From NCBI GenBank assembly GCA_028826165.1, contig JAPDFW010000147.1, positions 496,001 to 560,000 on the forward strand: 64,000 nt of DNA, in the 5' to 3' direction. The position numbers and the translations under genes are program-made. The notes beneath the pieces are model-generated. The model searched no databases, was not told the DNA's origin, and was given only the letters and a program-made list of their open reading frames with translations. Origin of the DNA: Anaeramoeba ignava BMAN (taxonomy: Eukaryota; Protista; Anaeramoebae). Positions 11,622 to 23,395 of the stretch are shown piece after piece (the first letter of the stretch is position 1; each line of letters starts with the position of its first letter).

Positions 11622-11690
11622 TTTTTCATTTTCAATGAAGGTTTTATTTTAAATCAATTGACGAATAAAACCTGATAATTAATGGAAAAA
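11622..11690 (+). promoter_or_regulatory. SECIS element in the SelW 3' UTR
   Basis: Helix I TTTTTCATT/AATGGAAAA; core ATGA at 11635-11638 with GA at 11674-11675; helix II GGTTTTATTT/GAATAAAACC; apical AAA at 11651-11653. Confidence 0.9.
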
Positions 11691-11856
11691 AATAAAAGAA
11701 AAGAAAAGAAAAACAAAAACAAATCAAAAAAGCGAAAAAATTTTTTCATTTTCATTTTCATTTTTTTCATTTTTTCCTCATTTTTTTTTCTGTTAATTTT
11801 TTAAAAAAATATAATAAAAATAAAAATTATAATAATAATTATAATAATAATAATAA

Positions 11857-14800
11857 ATGCAAAATCCAATATTTGCAAAACCTTTATTTAATTTTGAAAC
11901 GAAAATTGATACATTTCTTCAATTAAATACAAATGAAAAAGTATTAATTTTGAGAGAAGATCATCCTTTTTGTTTTTGTTATTCAATTGAAAAAGAAAAA
12001 GAAGGACTTATTCCTTGTAAAAAATAAGATTTAATTTAATTTAATTTAATTTAATTTAATTGATTAATTGATTAATTGAATTTTTTTTTTTCGAAATTTT
12101 CATTTTTAAAGTAAATTATCTTAAAATCATATCAAAAAGCAAAATTCAAAACAAAAACGAAAAAAAAACAATGAACGAAAAACTGAAAACATCAATTAAG
12201 ACATCTTCAGAACTTCGAAAAGAATTGGAAAACAAAAACGAAAAAAAAGGATCTTCTTTATTTGAATATTCCGACACATATCATGGACAAAAAATAGTTC
12301 CCGTTTATAAATTCTCACTTCCTGATCAACTCCCGGCATTTCCAATAGAATTATCATCAAATTTTCAAATACAAGGAACTGTTGGAGATTGGAAACAACG
12401 ATGGGTTGTTCTTGAAAACAATGAAATACGATATTATAAAAATAAAACATCACTTAATCAACCTTTATATAATTTACCCATTAAAGAAATTTTCGATGTT
12501 GTTATCAAAACCCCAGATGCATTTATTGATGGAATAACAACAAAAACTCCTCAAAAACGCAAATCGCTTGCTAAACTTAAGACGGATTCTGATAATTCGT
12601 TCAAAATCATCCTCAAAAATTCATCACTTACTTTCAAATCAAAGGATTTCAATTCTTTATCCGAATGGATTAGTAATATTCATTTTCTTCGCGTTTTGAA
12701 TAGAATTTCAAGCTCAACCGCAAATAAAACAGATTATGCTTTGATCCAAAACCTACTTTTGATTGTCCAACTTACAAAAGGAAAAATCAAAGCGGATAAT
12801 CAAAATAACAATACAAAAGAACAAGAAAAAGAAAATGCGCTGAATTTCTGGGAAAGTTTTTTATTGCTTCAACTTTTTTTATCTCAGAAGGAAGATATTT
12901 CTGAGGAATTTCCCCAAATAACATTCAAAAGAAAAAATACTATTGCGGAAATTAATGAATCCGTAATTTCAGTTACAAATGAATTATTAAATTCAATCAA
13001 TCCAAAAATTCCAAATACACAGAACCAGAACCAGGAACAAAATCAAACACAGCTTCCTGTAGAAAACGAAAAAGAACGCTTAGAACAGCAAAAATTATAT
13101 GCGCAAATAAGAAATCTCTGTAATGCAGAGTACATCGGTTTAACTCTTTCAAATTATCACGCCAAAACCGAAAATGAAATTAGTTATCGTCAATTCGAAT
13201 TAATCAAAATCACAAAGGCTTATGACAATTTGGATTTGTTTTGGCACGGTCATATTTTCTCCGATTCGCAGCCTTTGTGCGGGGATTTCTCACCAAAAAA
13301 TATTGTGTTGATTCGGCCAAATCAGGACAATATTCTTAATTTCGCAAAAATCATTTCGCAAAATTCAGAGAATCAAGAACAAGATATTGCAAGAAATATT
13401 CAATTCCAAAAAATAGGCATTGTTTTCCATCAAGACGGAAAGAAACTGCAGAAATGGAAGAAAAATCTGTTTGTCATTTCATCGCTTCATTTACAATCCT
13501 TCCCACTGCATAACTGCAATCCAAATACCCAATTCCACATAAACAAAATCACATCAATCAATAGAGTTGATACATCCAAAAACGCATCCAAATTCACGCT
13601 AGAAATCATTACCCAAAATCAAGTAATCTCGATATACACTAAATCGCAAGATGCGTTTAATGAATGGCTCAATTCTATCAATTTGACCCTCACTTTATCC
13701 AATATCAACAAGAAAATCATGGATCATCCATTGACAATTTCGCGGCTGATCCAAGACTACCGCAAATTACTTTGTTGGATCTCTTCCAAATTATCTTCTG
13801 CAAATGCATTTTTGATGGGACTTAATAAAATATCGCAAGTTTTGTCTTTCCAATTCACAGAGAAATTCGGCCAAGATGAATCACTACAAAATGATTTTTT
13901 ATCCAATCAAGAATCTTTCCAAACATTCTTCTCAACCTCACTGCAAATGACTGCTCATCTGAACCAAAAATCACTACTTCTACAAATCCAAAAGCGGTTA
14001 CTTCCCAAAATTGCAAGATTGCTTTTCTTGGATTTGTCCGATGACTCTTTTGTTGGATATTTTCTTCAATCAACAAAAGCAAGTCTTTATTCATCATCTA
14101 AACAACAAAATCAACAGCAATCAAACGAGTCTCAAGAAACCGTCGATATTGAAAAAGGCGCGCTTCTTGCTGTCTCTTCGCAATTCAAAATTGAGAAAAT
14201 TGATGATATTCCAAATCAAGTTGATTTTCAATGGAAAGAAAATTCTGTTGTTCGAAGTGAAAAAGAGCATTTTATCATAATTCATCCTTCCAAAAAGGAA
14301 GAAATCTTTCTCGAGCAAAAAACAGCGCCACCTCCAACTCTTCCTCATCTAAAAAGCGCCGAATCACTCAGAGAAAAAAACACGAAAATAAATTCACTGC
14401 GTCACTTTAAAAGAACAGTTAGTATTGATACGCAAAGAAGTGCGAAAAAGAGCAATTCCGGATTACTTCCTAATTCTGAAGATCAAAACCAACCAAATAG
14501 CAATTCTATGGATTCCAAAATGAAAGCCAAATTTCTGTATCTGTTCAATTTGAACAACCTAGTTCATCCCAAAGATATCAGTGTTGCGCTTCAATGCCTC
14601 GATATTTGGAAGAAATCGGAAAATAAAGATCATATGTATTTCCCAACAGAAATATCAACCGTTGGGTTTGCGATGATAAACAAGAAATGGACCCGTTCAT
14701 GGATTCATTTGGTTTCTTATATTTTGCTTCTTTATAAATCAAATTATTCCGAACGTCCCTTCAAAGTATATGATCTAAGAGAGCTTGCTTCCATTAAGCG

Positions 14801-17800
14801 TGGAAGTGATCTCCAGCATTCAAACCTAATCACACTCAAATTATCCGAAAACGATATCAAACTAGCTATCGATTCAACCCCAAAATCTGAAGAAATGGCC
14901 GATTATTTTGGTGCATTGTTTAATTTTGTGTTTTTTATCAAATTGTCTGAAAATATTCAAAAAAATACTCAAATTTCTTCTTTCAGACTCCATAATCTTC
15001 TCAAATGGATAGAAAAACAGCATGCCATTTACAAAACAACATTCGAAAGCAGCTGGAATTTGATCCAATTTTATAAAGAAAATGAAGATACAAGTGGGAT
15101 TGCTTCGTTGAATAAGTTTATTACTAACAACCGAGAGAAAATTCAACATCTTAAAATTTGGAGGAAAAGGATTTTCAAGAGATTATTTGAAAATGAGTTT
15201 CCCGATGCAGGACCAAGTCCGACTGGTATTATTTATGGGTATGTGTTTATGAATGAAGAAACAACACAAAATGATGTAGGGATTTGGATTGAAGTGCAAA
15301 ATAATGAAAATGAAAATCTAAATGAAAATGGAATTGAAAATGGAAATGAAATTCAAAATCAAAATCAAAATCAAAATGAAAATCAAATTCAAAATGAAAA
15401 TGAAATTGAAAATGAAATTCAAAATCAAATTCAAAATCAAAATCAAAACCAAATTCAAAATCAAAATCAAATTCAAAATCAAAATCAAAATCAAAATCAA
15501 ATTCAAAATCAAAATAATAATAATATAAATATAAATATTACAATTGTGGATGACAGCAAATTTATCCAAGAAAACCCAAATGTTATAAAGGCAACCCAAA
15601 TAAAACCAAAAACAGAATCGCAACAAACACTCAAAACATTCGAAATCAAAGATTGTCTTTTCATCTCAAATGCAAACCGTGAAAATTTCGAACAATTCCA
15701 AAACTCAGAAATCCTCAAAAGATTGATTCACAACTCAAAAAAGAAAATATCAAGATTTGAAATAGCAACAACAAAATCACAATTCAAACAAGAAAAATCA
15801 GCACCTGAAACACCACAAATGTTTAAAAATCCTAACGAGCCACCACTTTATAAAAAGGGGATGGTATATTGCTCAACCTCAAAAACACGATTTTCTCGAT
15901 GGTCAAAAAATATAATCACTTTGGTTGGGTTCAAATTCTACAGAATCGACATGAAACAATACAAACAAGTTGAAACAGTGATTCTTTCTGATATTGTTGG
16001 TATTCGGATTTGTTCTGATCATGAAGAAAATTATCCGAATTTACCGCCAATTTACCAGCAATTCATACTTGAATTAACAATGGGAAAACATTTCTGGAGA
16101 ATATCATGCAGCCAAAAAGAAGATTTCGAACGATGGATTCTTTGTTTCCAAGTTGTAAACACACTGCATTTTTTCCAATGCATTGAATTTGAACCAGAAA
16201 CAAAAGAAAATCTTTTTATAAAAGACACCGAAAATCGGGATGAGAAAAAGGAGGGTCTTAATCAAGACGTTCCAAAAGATTCACGCGAAAAAACAACAGG
16301 ACAAATAGTAATTGAGCCCAAAGATTATCGTCTTTATTTCCAAGAAATGAAAGCACGTTTGGATGACAACAGACAAAATCTGTTATCAAGTCAGAGTTTC
16401 CAAAACAAAAATAAGACTGTGTATAAACACCAACAGATTTTCCAATTCTTAACTAAGATCGAGAACCAGAAAGCTCTTGAGGAGCTTAGGGATTGGATAG
16501 AGAAGGAAATCAATATATGCATTGCTCAACAAAGATCACTTTCCTCAATGATTCTTCTTTACAATCAATCCAACGTCGATGAAATCAACTCAATTGAAAA
16601 TGAAATCAATTTCAACAAAAGTCTCTCCGATCTTCTCCGCATTTGGCTCAGAAAAATTCTGTCTGTTCTTCTTTCCTTCCATCAGAAAAATCTCGATAAA
16701 GACTCTGTGATGGCATATGTTCTTTCTCCCTTTGTCAAAAATGATGTCGAATTTCTTCAGAAAGAATGGGTGAATATTGTCGATATAAAACATACAGAAA
16801 CACCGCAACAATTAGATAACGAAAAACCTCAAAACAACGTGCAAAATGCGGAACAAATTTATTACATAGTTGAGAAAAACGGCAAAAATTTTAATGTTGA
16901 AATGAATAAAATTGAAATTATTGAACCAGCAAAAATGAAGAAAGTGAAGCCGATCCACATTCGGTTTTATGGACACATGATCGACCCAACCGTGTATTTA
17001 GCATCAATCAAGCAGAGTTCGGATTCCTTTGCAGAAAGCGATGAAGAAGACGATGAAGACAACGACGATGAAGAAGACGATGAAGATTCATCCGCAATTA
17101 CGGCAATTACAGAACAACAAAGAGATGATCTCACAAATATTCTTATTGACGATGATTTGGTTTTTTTTACCCAAATCTCGCTTCTTCCGATCATAGATTA
17201 CGACTCTTTTGGAAAAAATATTGTTTATATTTTCCTCTATAAAAATAACATCCACACACTTTTGAATCATGTGATTAATATTGAAATAGCAAATACTCAT
17301 CACGAAACAGCAATTTTTCGCACAAACAATTTGACGTGCAAAGTTGTCTCAAATTTCGCAAAAATTATCGGCAAAGAATACTTACGTGCAATCATCACTC
17401 CTTTAATCACTGAGATGCACAACCATCTCAAATCCGATCCTCAGGCTTCATTTACTTTTATTTGGCAAAAGCCTATGACTGAGGATTCAAATCTGAGAGT
17501 GACCAATTTGATCAAGCATTTCGCATGCAAATTTTTGGATCGTATTTTTAATTCTGTTGTGGAATACCCTCTTTCCTTAAGGAGACTCTGCATTCAATTA
17601 AACACAAAAACACTCGAAAAATTTCCTGATTCACGCCATCTTGTTCTTAAGGGTTTCGTGTTTCTGCGCTTTATCTGTCCGGCAATTGTCGCTCCTCAAT
17701 TGTTTGGAATTATTGATGATGAAAAACAGGATGAGTTTATGACTCCAGAATTAATTCAAGGATTATTATCAATATCCAAAATTATCCAAATCATCGCAAA

Positions 17801-18254
17801 TCAAAAGCTTTTTCTTGAAGGAACTGAAATGGTTGTTTTCAATGAATTTGTACAAACATATTTTTCCAAAATTCAAGTTTTCATGGATTCTCTTTTAACT
17901 CCTTATTTTATTGTTAACTCAAAATCAAGTGATTCTTCACTTGATATTTCTATTGGTGACAAAATTCTTGTTCTTTTGCAAAATGATATTCATGTTTGGG
18001 GTCAGAAAATCAATTCTCAAAATCCTCCCTTTCAAATTCCTAAAAATATTCTTGATTTCGATTCTAAAAAAGATGTTTCTTTTGAACAGGAATCAACTCC
18101 TATTTCTCGTTCAAATTTTGATTTGGCAACTGAAAATGTTTTTCATTTCATTTCTTCTAAAAAAATTTCCAAAAAAATTTTGAAAAATTTAGAAGAAGAA
18201 CAAGAACAATCAAATATTTCAGAAAAAATCAAAGAAATTTTGCAAATCAATTAA
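11857..18254 (+). CDS. Large SH3- and multi-PH-domain Ras GTPase-activating protein; exon 1 11857-12016, exon 2 12112-18254
   Basis: The unannotated first exon plus splice gives an SH3 domain (AKPLFNF...EGLIPLNYLKI). PH domains at WKQRWVVL, KWKKNLFVI, KWTRSWIHL and RWSKNIITL; a second SH3 at NYHAKTENEISY...GDFSPKNI. RasGAP arginine finger IFRTNN and FLRFICPAIVAP signature. Confidence 0.9.
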
Positions 18255-18352
18255 AATTTTTTGAAAAGAGAAAAAGAATTTAATTTTAATTTTTTAATTT
18301 TTTAATTTCATTTTTTTCATTTTTTTTCTTTTCAAAAATTTAAGTTTAAATA

Positions 18353-21300
18353 ATGGAAAAATCAATTTTATTATTTTTTATTTTATTTTTTCTTTCTCCT
18401 TTATTAATTTTATTATTTAGATTTTTTAATTTTATTACTCCAAAGTAAATTAAATTTTAATTTAAAAAATTTTAATTAATTTTTAATCTTTTTTAAATTT
18501 AATTTTTTAAAAAGAACCAAATTTAGTAGAAAAATATCACATTTTTACAGAAGAGAAATTACTCTTAAATTTGGTACTTTTATTTCAGTTTCTTCTCCAA
18601 TCGGGAAAATTTGGGTAATTCAAAAAACAAAAAGAAATTTTTTTTTTGTTTTTTGATCCACTTTTTTTTCTTTTTAATCTTTTATTATTAATTTTTTTTT
18701 TGATAGGAAATTTTTCAAATTTTTTTAACAATTTTTTTCGCTTTTACTTTTATTATTGGAAGTTATTTTTCTATTGAAACCACACATGAAAATATTGATA
18801 AAATTGAACAAGTTCTTTGCGTTTTTTTCTTTATAGATTATTTAATGAAATTTTTGGTTGCAATTGATAAGTATTTATTATTAAATTTAAAATAAAAAGT
18901 GGAACAGAAATTAATCTTTTTATTAATTTTAATTTTTAAAAATAGATTTTCCTTTTATTTTAGCTTTTTTTCGATTATTGATCTTTTAATTTTAATTCCT
19001 TTTATTGAAACGTATTTTTATATAAAAAAGAAAAAAAAAAATTTATCTAAAATTTAATTTACACACAAAAAAAAATTGATTGATTGATTGATTGATTTAG
19101 AAAATTATTTCATATAACTTGGAACAAATCATTTGCAACTCCAATGAGAATTTTAAGAGTTTTTCGAATTTTTCGACTTTTTAGAGTTTTAACTTTTTCG
19201 AAATCAAGTAATAAAATAAAAAATAATAAAAAAAGTGGAACAAAAAAAAATAATAAAAAATAAAAAAAATAATTAATGATAAAACAAATCTTGGGGATAA
19301 AAACCAAAACAAAAGTTTGGAAGCATTCATTTACAAAACTTATTCTTCTTGTTTTCTGTCTTTTATTCAGTGCATGTGGTTTAATACAAATCATAGAAAA
19401 AGAACAGCAATTATCATTTCATGAAGTGGCATATTTTATGGTCATTGTAAAAAAATCTTTTTAATAAAACACTTAAAAACAATAATACGAAACAAAATTC
19501 AAATATAAAGTCTATTGCAACTGTTGGATATGGCGATATAACGCCAAAAACACAAACAGGAAAAATGGTCATGACTTGTATCATTATTTGCACAGCTTTT
19601 GCAATTCCGTACCAATTAAATCGCATGAGCATACTGAAGAGGAAATACAAAAGTAACGTTTTTTTATCCGAAATTTATTGATTAGAGAAAAAAAAATAAT
19701 AAATAAAATAATAATTAAAAAAATAAATAAAAAGAACAATCGCAATCAATATCAAGAGATAATTCTCTTAGACATATTCTTGTAACAGGTTCGCTCACAA
19801 AATTTGCGTTATTGGAATTTTTAAATGAGATTTTGAACCAAACAAAGGTATTTTTTTAATGCTTATCAATTAGCAATCCAATTTTTTTTTGATGGTTTTA
19901 TCCAAAGATTCTTTATCATAAAAATAAAAATGAATCAACATCGAAACTTTACTTAATTTATCACAAATTTTCTCTACAAACTATTTTATGTGTCAAAAAT
20001 AATTAAAAAAAATAGACTAGAGGAGGTATAAAGCTTCAAGTTGTTTTATTGAGTTTGGATGATTTTTCAGAAATTGAACAAGAAATTCTCGTTAATCCTC
20101 AATTTGATTCATGGGTGAAAGCAATATATGGCACTCCTCTGGAAAAGGCAGATCTTGAACGTGCAAGTTTTGGTGATGATTCAACTTGCATTATTTTATC
20201 AAATTTAAGATCCAAATTTCCTTATTTTGAAGATTCTTCAAATATTATGAAATCTGCTGCTTTGAAATACTTTAAACCAAGGTCTAAAATATATCTTCAG
20301 TGCATAAATTTTACTCAAACAGAATATTTAAAGGGGATTACTTCAGGAACATTAATACAAAATGCGCTTAATAAGGTTTTTTTTACATTTTTTGTTTGGA
20401 TGTTTTTTTCCAATTTAAAATCACTAACAACAATTATAAATATCTTTTTTTTCCGCAATTTAATTGCTTGTCACATAATGAATAGGCTATTTTTGTGCTT
20501 AATATAATGCATCCAGGAATGGGAACATTTATTGTGAATATTTTTCAAACTCCCCAAATCGAACAAATGAAATTTAATCAAGAAGATGCTAAATGGAAAA
20601 GAGAATATTTGGAAGGTGTAGCAATGTATATTTTTCGCGTTGCTATGCCGAGTTTTTTCAGCGGACAAACCTTTTCTAGTGCTTGTAAAATAATTTACCA
20701 AAAATTGGAAATTTTACTTTTTGGAGTTGTAGTTCAAGATGATAAAGGAGGTTGTGTTTGTCTTTTAAATCCTGGAAAAAGTTATATAATCCACAAGGGA
20801 GACATTGGGTTTGTTTTAGCTTCTTCTCATATCCAAGTTAATAAAATTTGGAATATATTTTTAGATAAGAAAAGGATCAGTGTGAGATCTAAATTGAATT
20901 TTTCTGAATTTCTATTGAATATTTCAGAAATTTCAAATAAATGGAATGAAAATATAAATTCAAAATCGAATGAAAATATAAAATCAAATGAAAATATAAA
21001 TCAAAATTCAAAATCAAATGAAAATACAAAATCAAAATCAAATGAAAATACGAAATCAAATGAAAATATAAAATCAAAATCAAATGAAAATACAAAATCA
21101 AAATCAAATGAAAATATAGATTCAAATGAAAATACAAAATCAAAATCAAATGAAAGTTCAAATTCAAATCAAAGTTCAAATGAAAATATAAATCAAAATT
21201 CAATCCAAAGTTTAAATGAATATTCAATTCAAAGTTTAAATCAATACTCAACCCAAAGTTTCAATCAATACTCTTTACAAAGATTTGCCTCATTTATTGT

Positions 21301-23067
21301 TCCTCCACCTGCTCCTAGAATGAATTACAATCAACTCAAAAATCTTTATGATCCTGCTCATAAAAGTGTTATTTTCCCTCCTGATATTTCTTTTCTTGAT
21401 GATATATTTGTATCTCATGATCTTTTTCCTGATTTAAAGCAAAAACTTATTTTTAAATCTTTAGTTAATAAATTTCAACATTCAAAATTTAAAGAAAATC
21501 AAAATCAAAATCAAAATCAAAATCAAAATCAAAATCAAAATCAAAATCAAAATCAAATTCAAAATCAAAATCAAAATCAAAATCAAAATCAAAATAATCA
21601 AAATAATCAAAATCAAATTTTAAATCTTGATTCTTTATCGAATTCTGATTTCGTTTCATTTACTGATTTTGAAACTGAAACTGAAAATGAAATTAATCAA
21701 GAAACTCCTCAAATTATTTCTTTTGAGATCAATATGAAAAATTTAGAATTAAAAAATGATTCAGATTCTAAAATTGGAATGGATTTTAATAATTCAGAAT
21801 TCGAAATAGAATTAGAATCAGAATCAGAATTAGAATCAGAATTAGAAAATAAAAATGAAAATGAAAATGAAAATGAAAATGAAAATGATTTTACAAAAAT
21901 TTTCGCATTTAGAAATTATAATCAAGTCATTTTAAAACAAAAATGCGATTTCAATGATCATATTGTTGCATTTTGTTCATTTCAAGATTCCAAAAATTTC
22001 TTACTTTCACTTCGAAATGAAGAAATAGTTAATTTTCTAGATAAAACAAAAGGATTAAATTCTTCCAAAAATAAATCAAAACATTCAAATATTTGGGATC
22101 CTTTGATTGTTTTATTGGTTGTACAAAAATTACCTTCAGAAACAGAATGGATTTTAATGCTTGAACATGATCCTATTGTTTTTTCTAATGTTTTCTTTAT
22201 GATTCGCCCAAATTCAGAAATTGAATCAATTCGTTTTGCAAGAATGAAAAAGGCAAAAAAAATTGTTATTTTTTCTTCTCATTGGATTCAAGATTCTCTT
22301 GATTTAGATTCAAAAACTGTAGATATTGAAATTATTCAATTGATTAAAACTCTTGAAAAATCTATTGATATTTCTAAAATTACAGCAGAATTAAGTAAAT
22401 TGAAATCAAAAAAAAAAAATATTAATTAATTAATTAATTCATTCATTCATTCATTCATTTCAAATAATATCATTTTTTTTCTTTTCAATCAAATTTTAGT
22501 TGATTTAAAAAATTCTCAACTTTTGGAAACTTCAATAATTCCAAAAAATGGATCACAAAAAAAAAAAGAACTAAAATTTAATCATGATAAAATTTTAGAA
22601 AATTTATATTTTGGATCAGGAACTTTAATTCCCACAAATTTTTTTAATACTTTAACAGCACAGGTTTAAAAAACAACAACAATTTTAATTTTATATTTAA
22701 TTAAATTCAATTCAAAATTCAATTCAAAATTTAATTTTATAAATAGACTATTCACAATCCAGATTCAATTCAAATTATAAAAGCAATGGCACTTAATTAT
22801 GTTTTTGATTCATCTTATTATCCTTATCAGTCAAGATTATCAATTATTCCTTTACCAAAACATTTCACTTCAAAATCATTTGGATCACTTTTTAATTTTT
22901 TAATAAGCAAATCAATTCTTCCTTTAGCTTTATATCGATCACAAAATATAGATTTAGGAAATAATTTACCATATGTTTATACAAGACCATTAAAAACAAC
23001 AATATGTCATAAAAAAGACAAAGTGATTATTTTAGTTAAAAATGAAATGAAGAATATAATTTTTTGA
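18353..23067 (+). CDS. Slo/BK-family potassium channel alpha subunit, multi-exon
   Basis: S4 segment MRILRVFRIFRLFRVL; pore filter SIATVGYGDITP at about 19511; RCK-like segments RHILVTG, LLNPG...IHKGDIGFVLA, DHIVAFC and PLALYRS...YVYTRP; low-complexity insert between the RCK domains. Confidence 0.88.
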
Positions 23068-23156
23068 ATTAAATTTTTTTGAATTAAAATTTTTTTGAAT
23101 TAAATTTAAAATAAATATTTTTTAATTGAATTTGTTTTTCTTTTGATTTATTGATT

Positions 23157-23228
23157 TCATAATAAGCTCAAATCAATTTGCCTTAAATTTCTTTAAGGTT
23201 TCCAAAAAGATTTTCATATTCATTATGA
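23157..23228 (-). promoter_or_regulatory. SECIS element (type II, with apical mini-stem) in the thioredoxin reductase 3' UTR
   Basis: Minus strand reads TCATAATGA-AT-ATGA-A-AATCTTTTTGG-AAA-CCTTAAA-GAAA-TTTAAGG-CAAATTGATT-T-GA-GC-TTATTATGA. Helix I, AUGA/GA core, helix II, unpaired AAA and a 7-bp mini-stem are all present. Confidence 0.88.
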
Positions 23229-23395
23229 TTTAAAAATAAATCAAAAAGAAAAAGAGAAAGAAAAGAGAAGAGACAATGCTTTCCAAAAATTTTTCAAAAG
23301 AAAAAAAGTGGATCAAAAAATTTTCAAGAAGAAAAAAAGTGGATCAAAAAATTTTCAAGAAGAAAAAAAGTGGATCAAAAAATTTGGAAAGCAAA

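Noticed and set aside
23065-23067. Possible genome-wide reassignment of TGA, or Sec at the BK channel TGA
   Set aside because: TGA ends the BK gene at the expected C-terminus, with another TGA five codons later and no sense-strand SECIS seen. In-frame TGA appears only at the two redox motifs that have SECIS elements, and Trp is encoded by TGG elsewhere.
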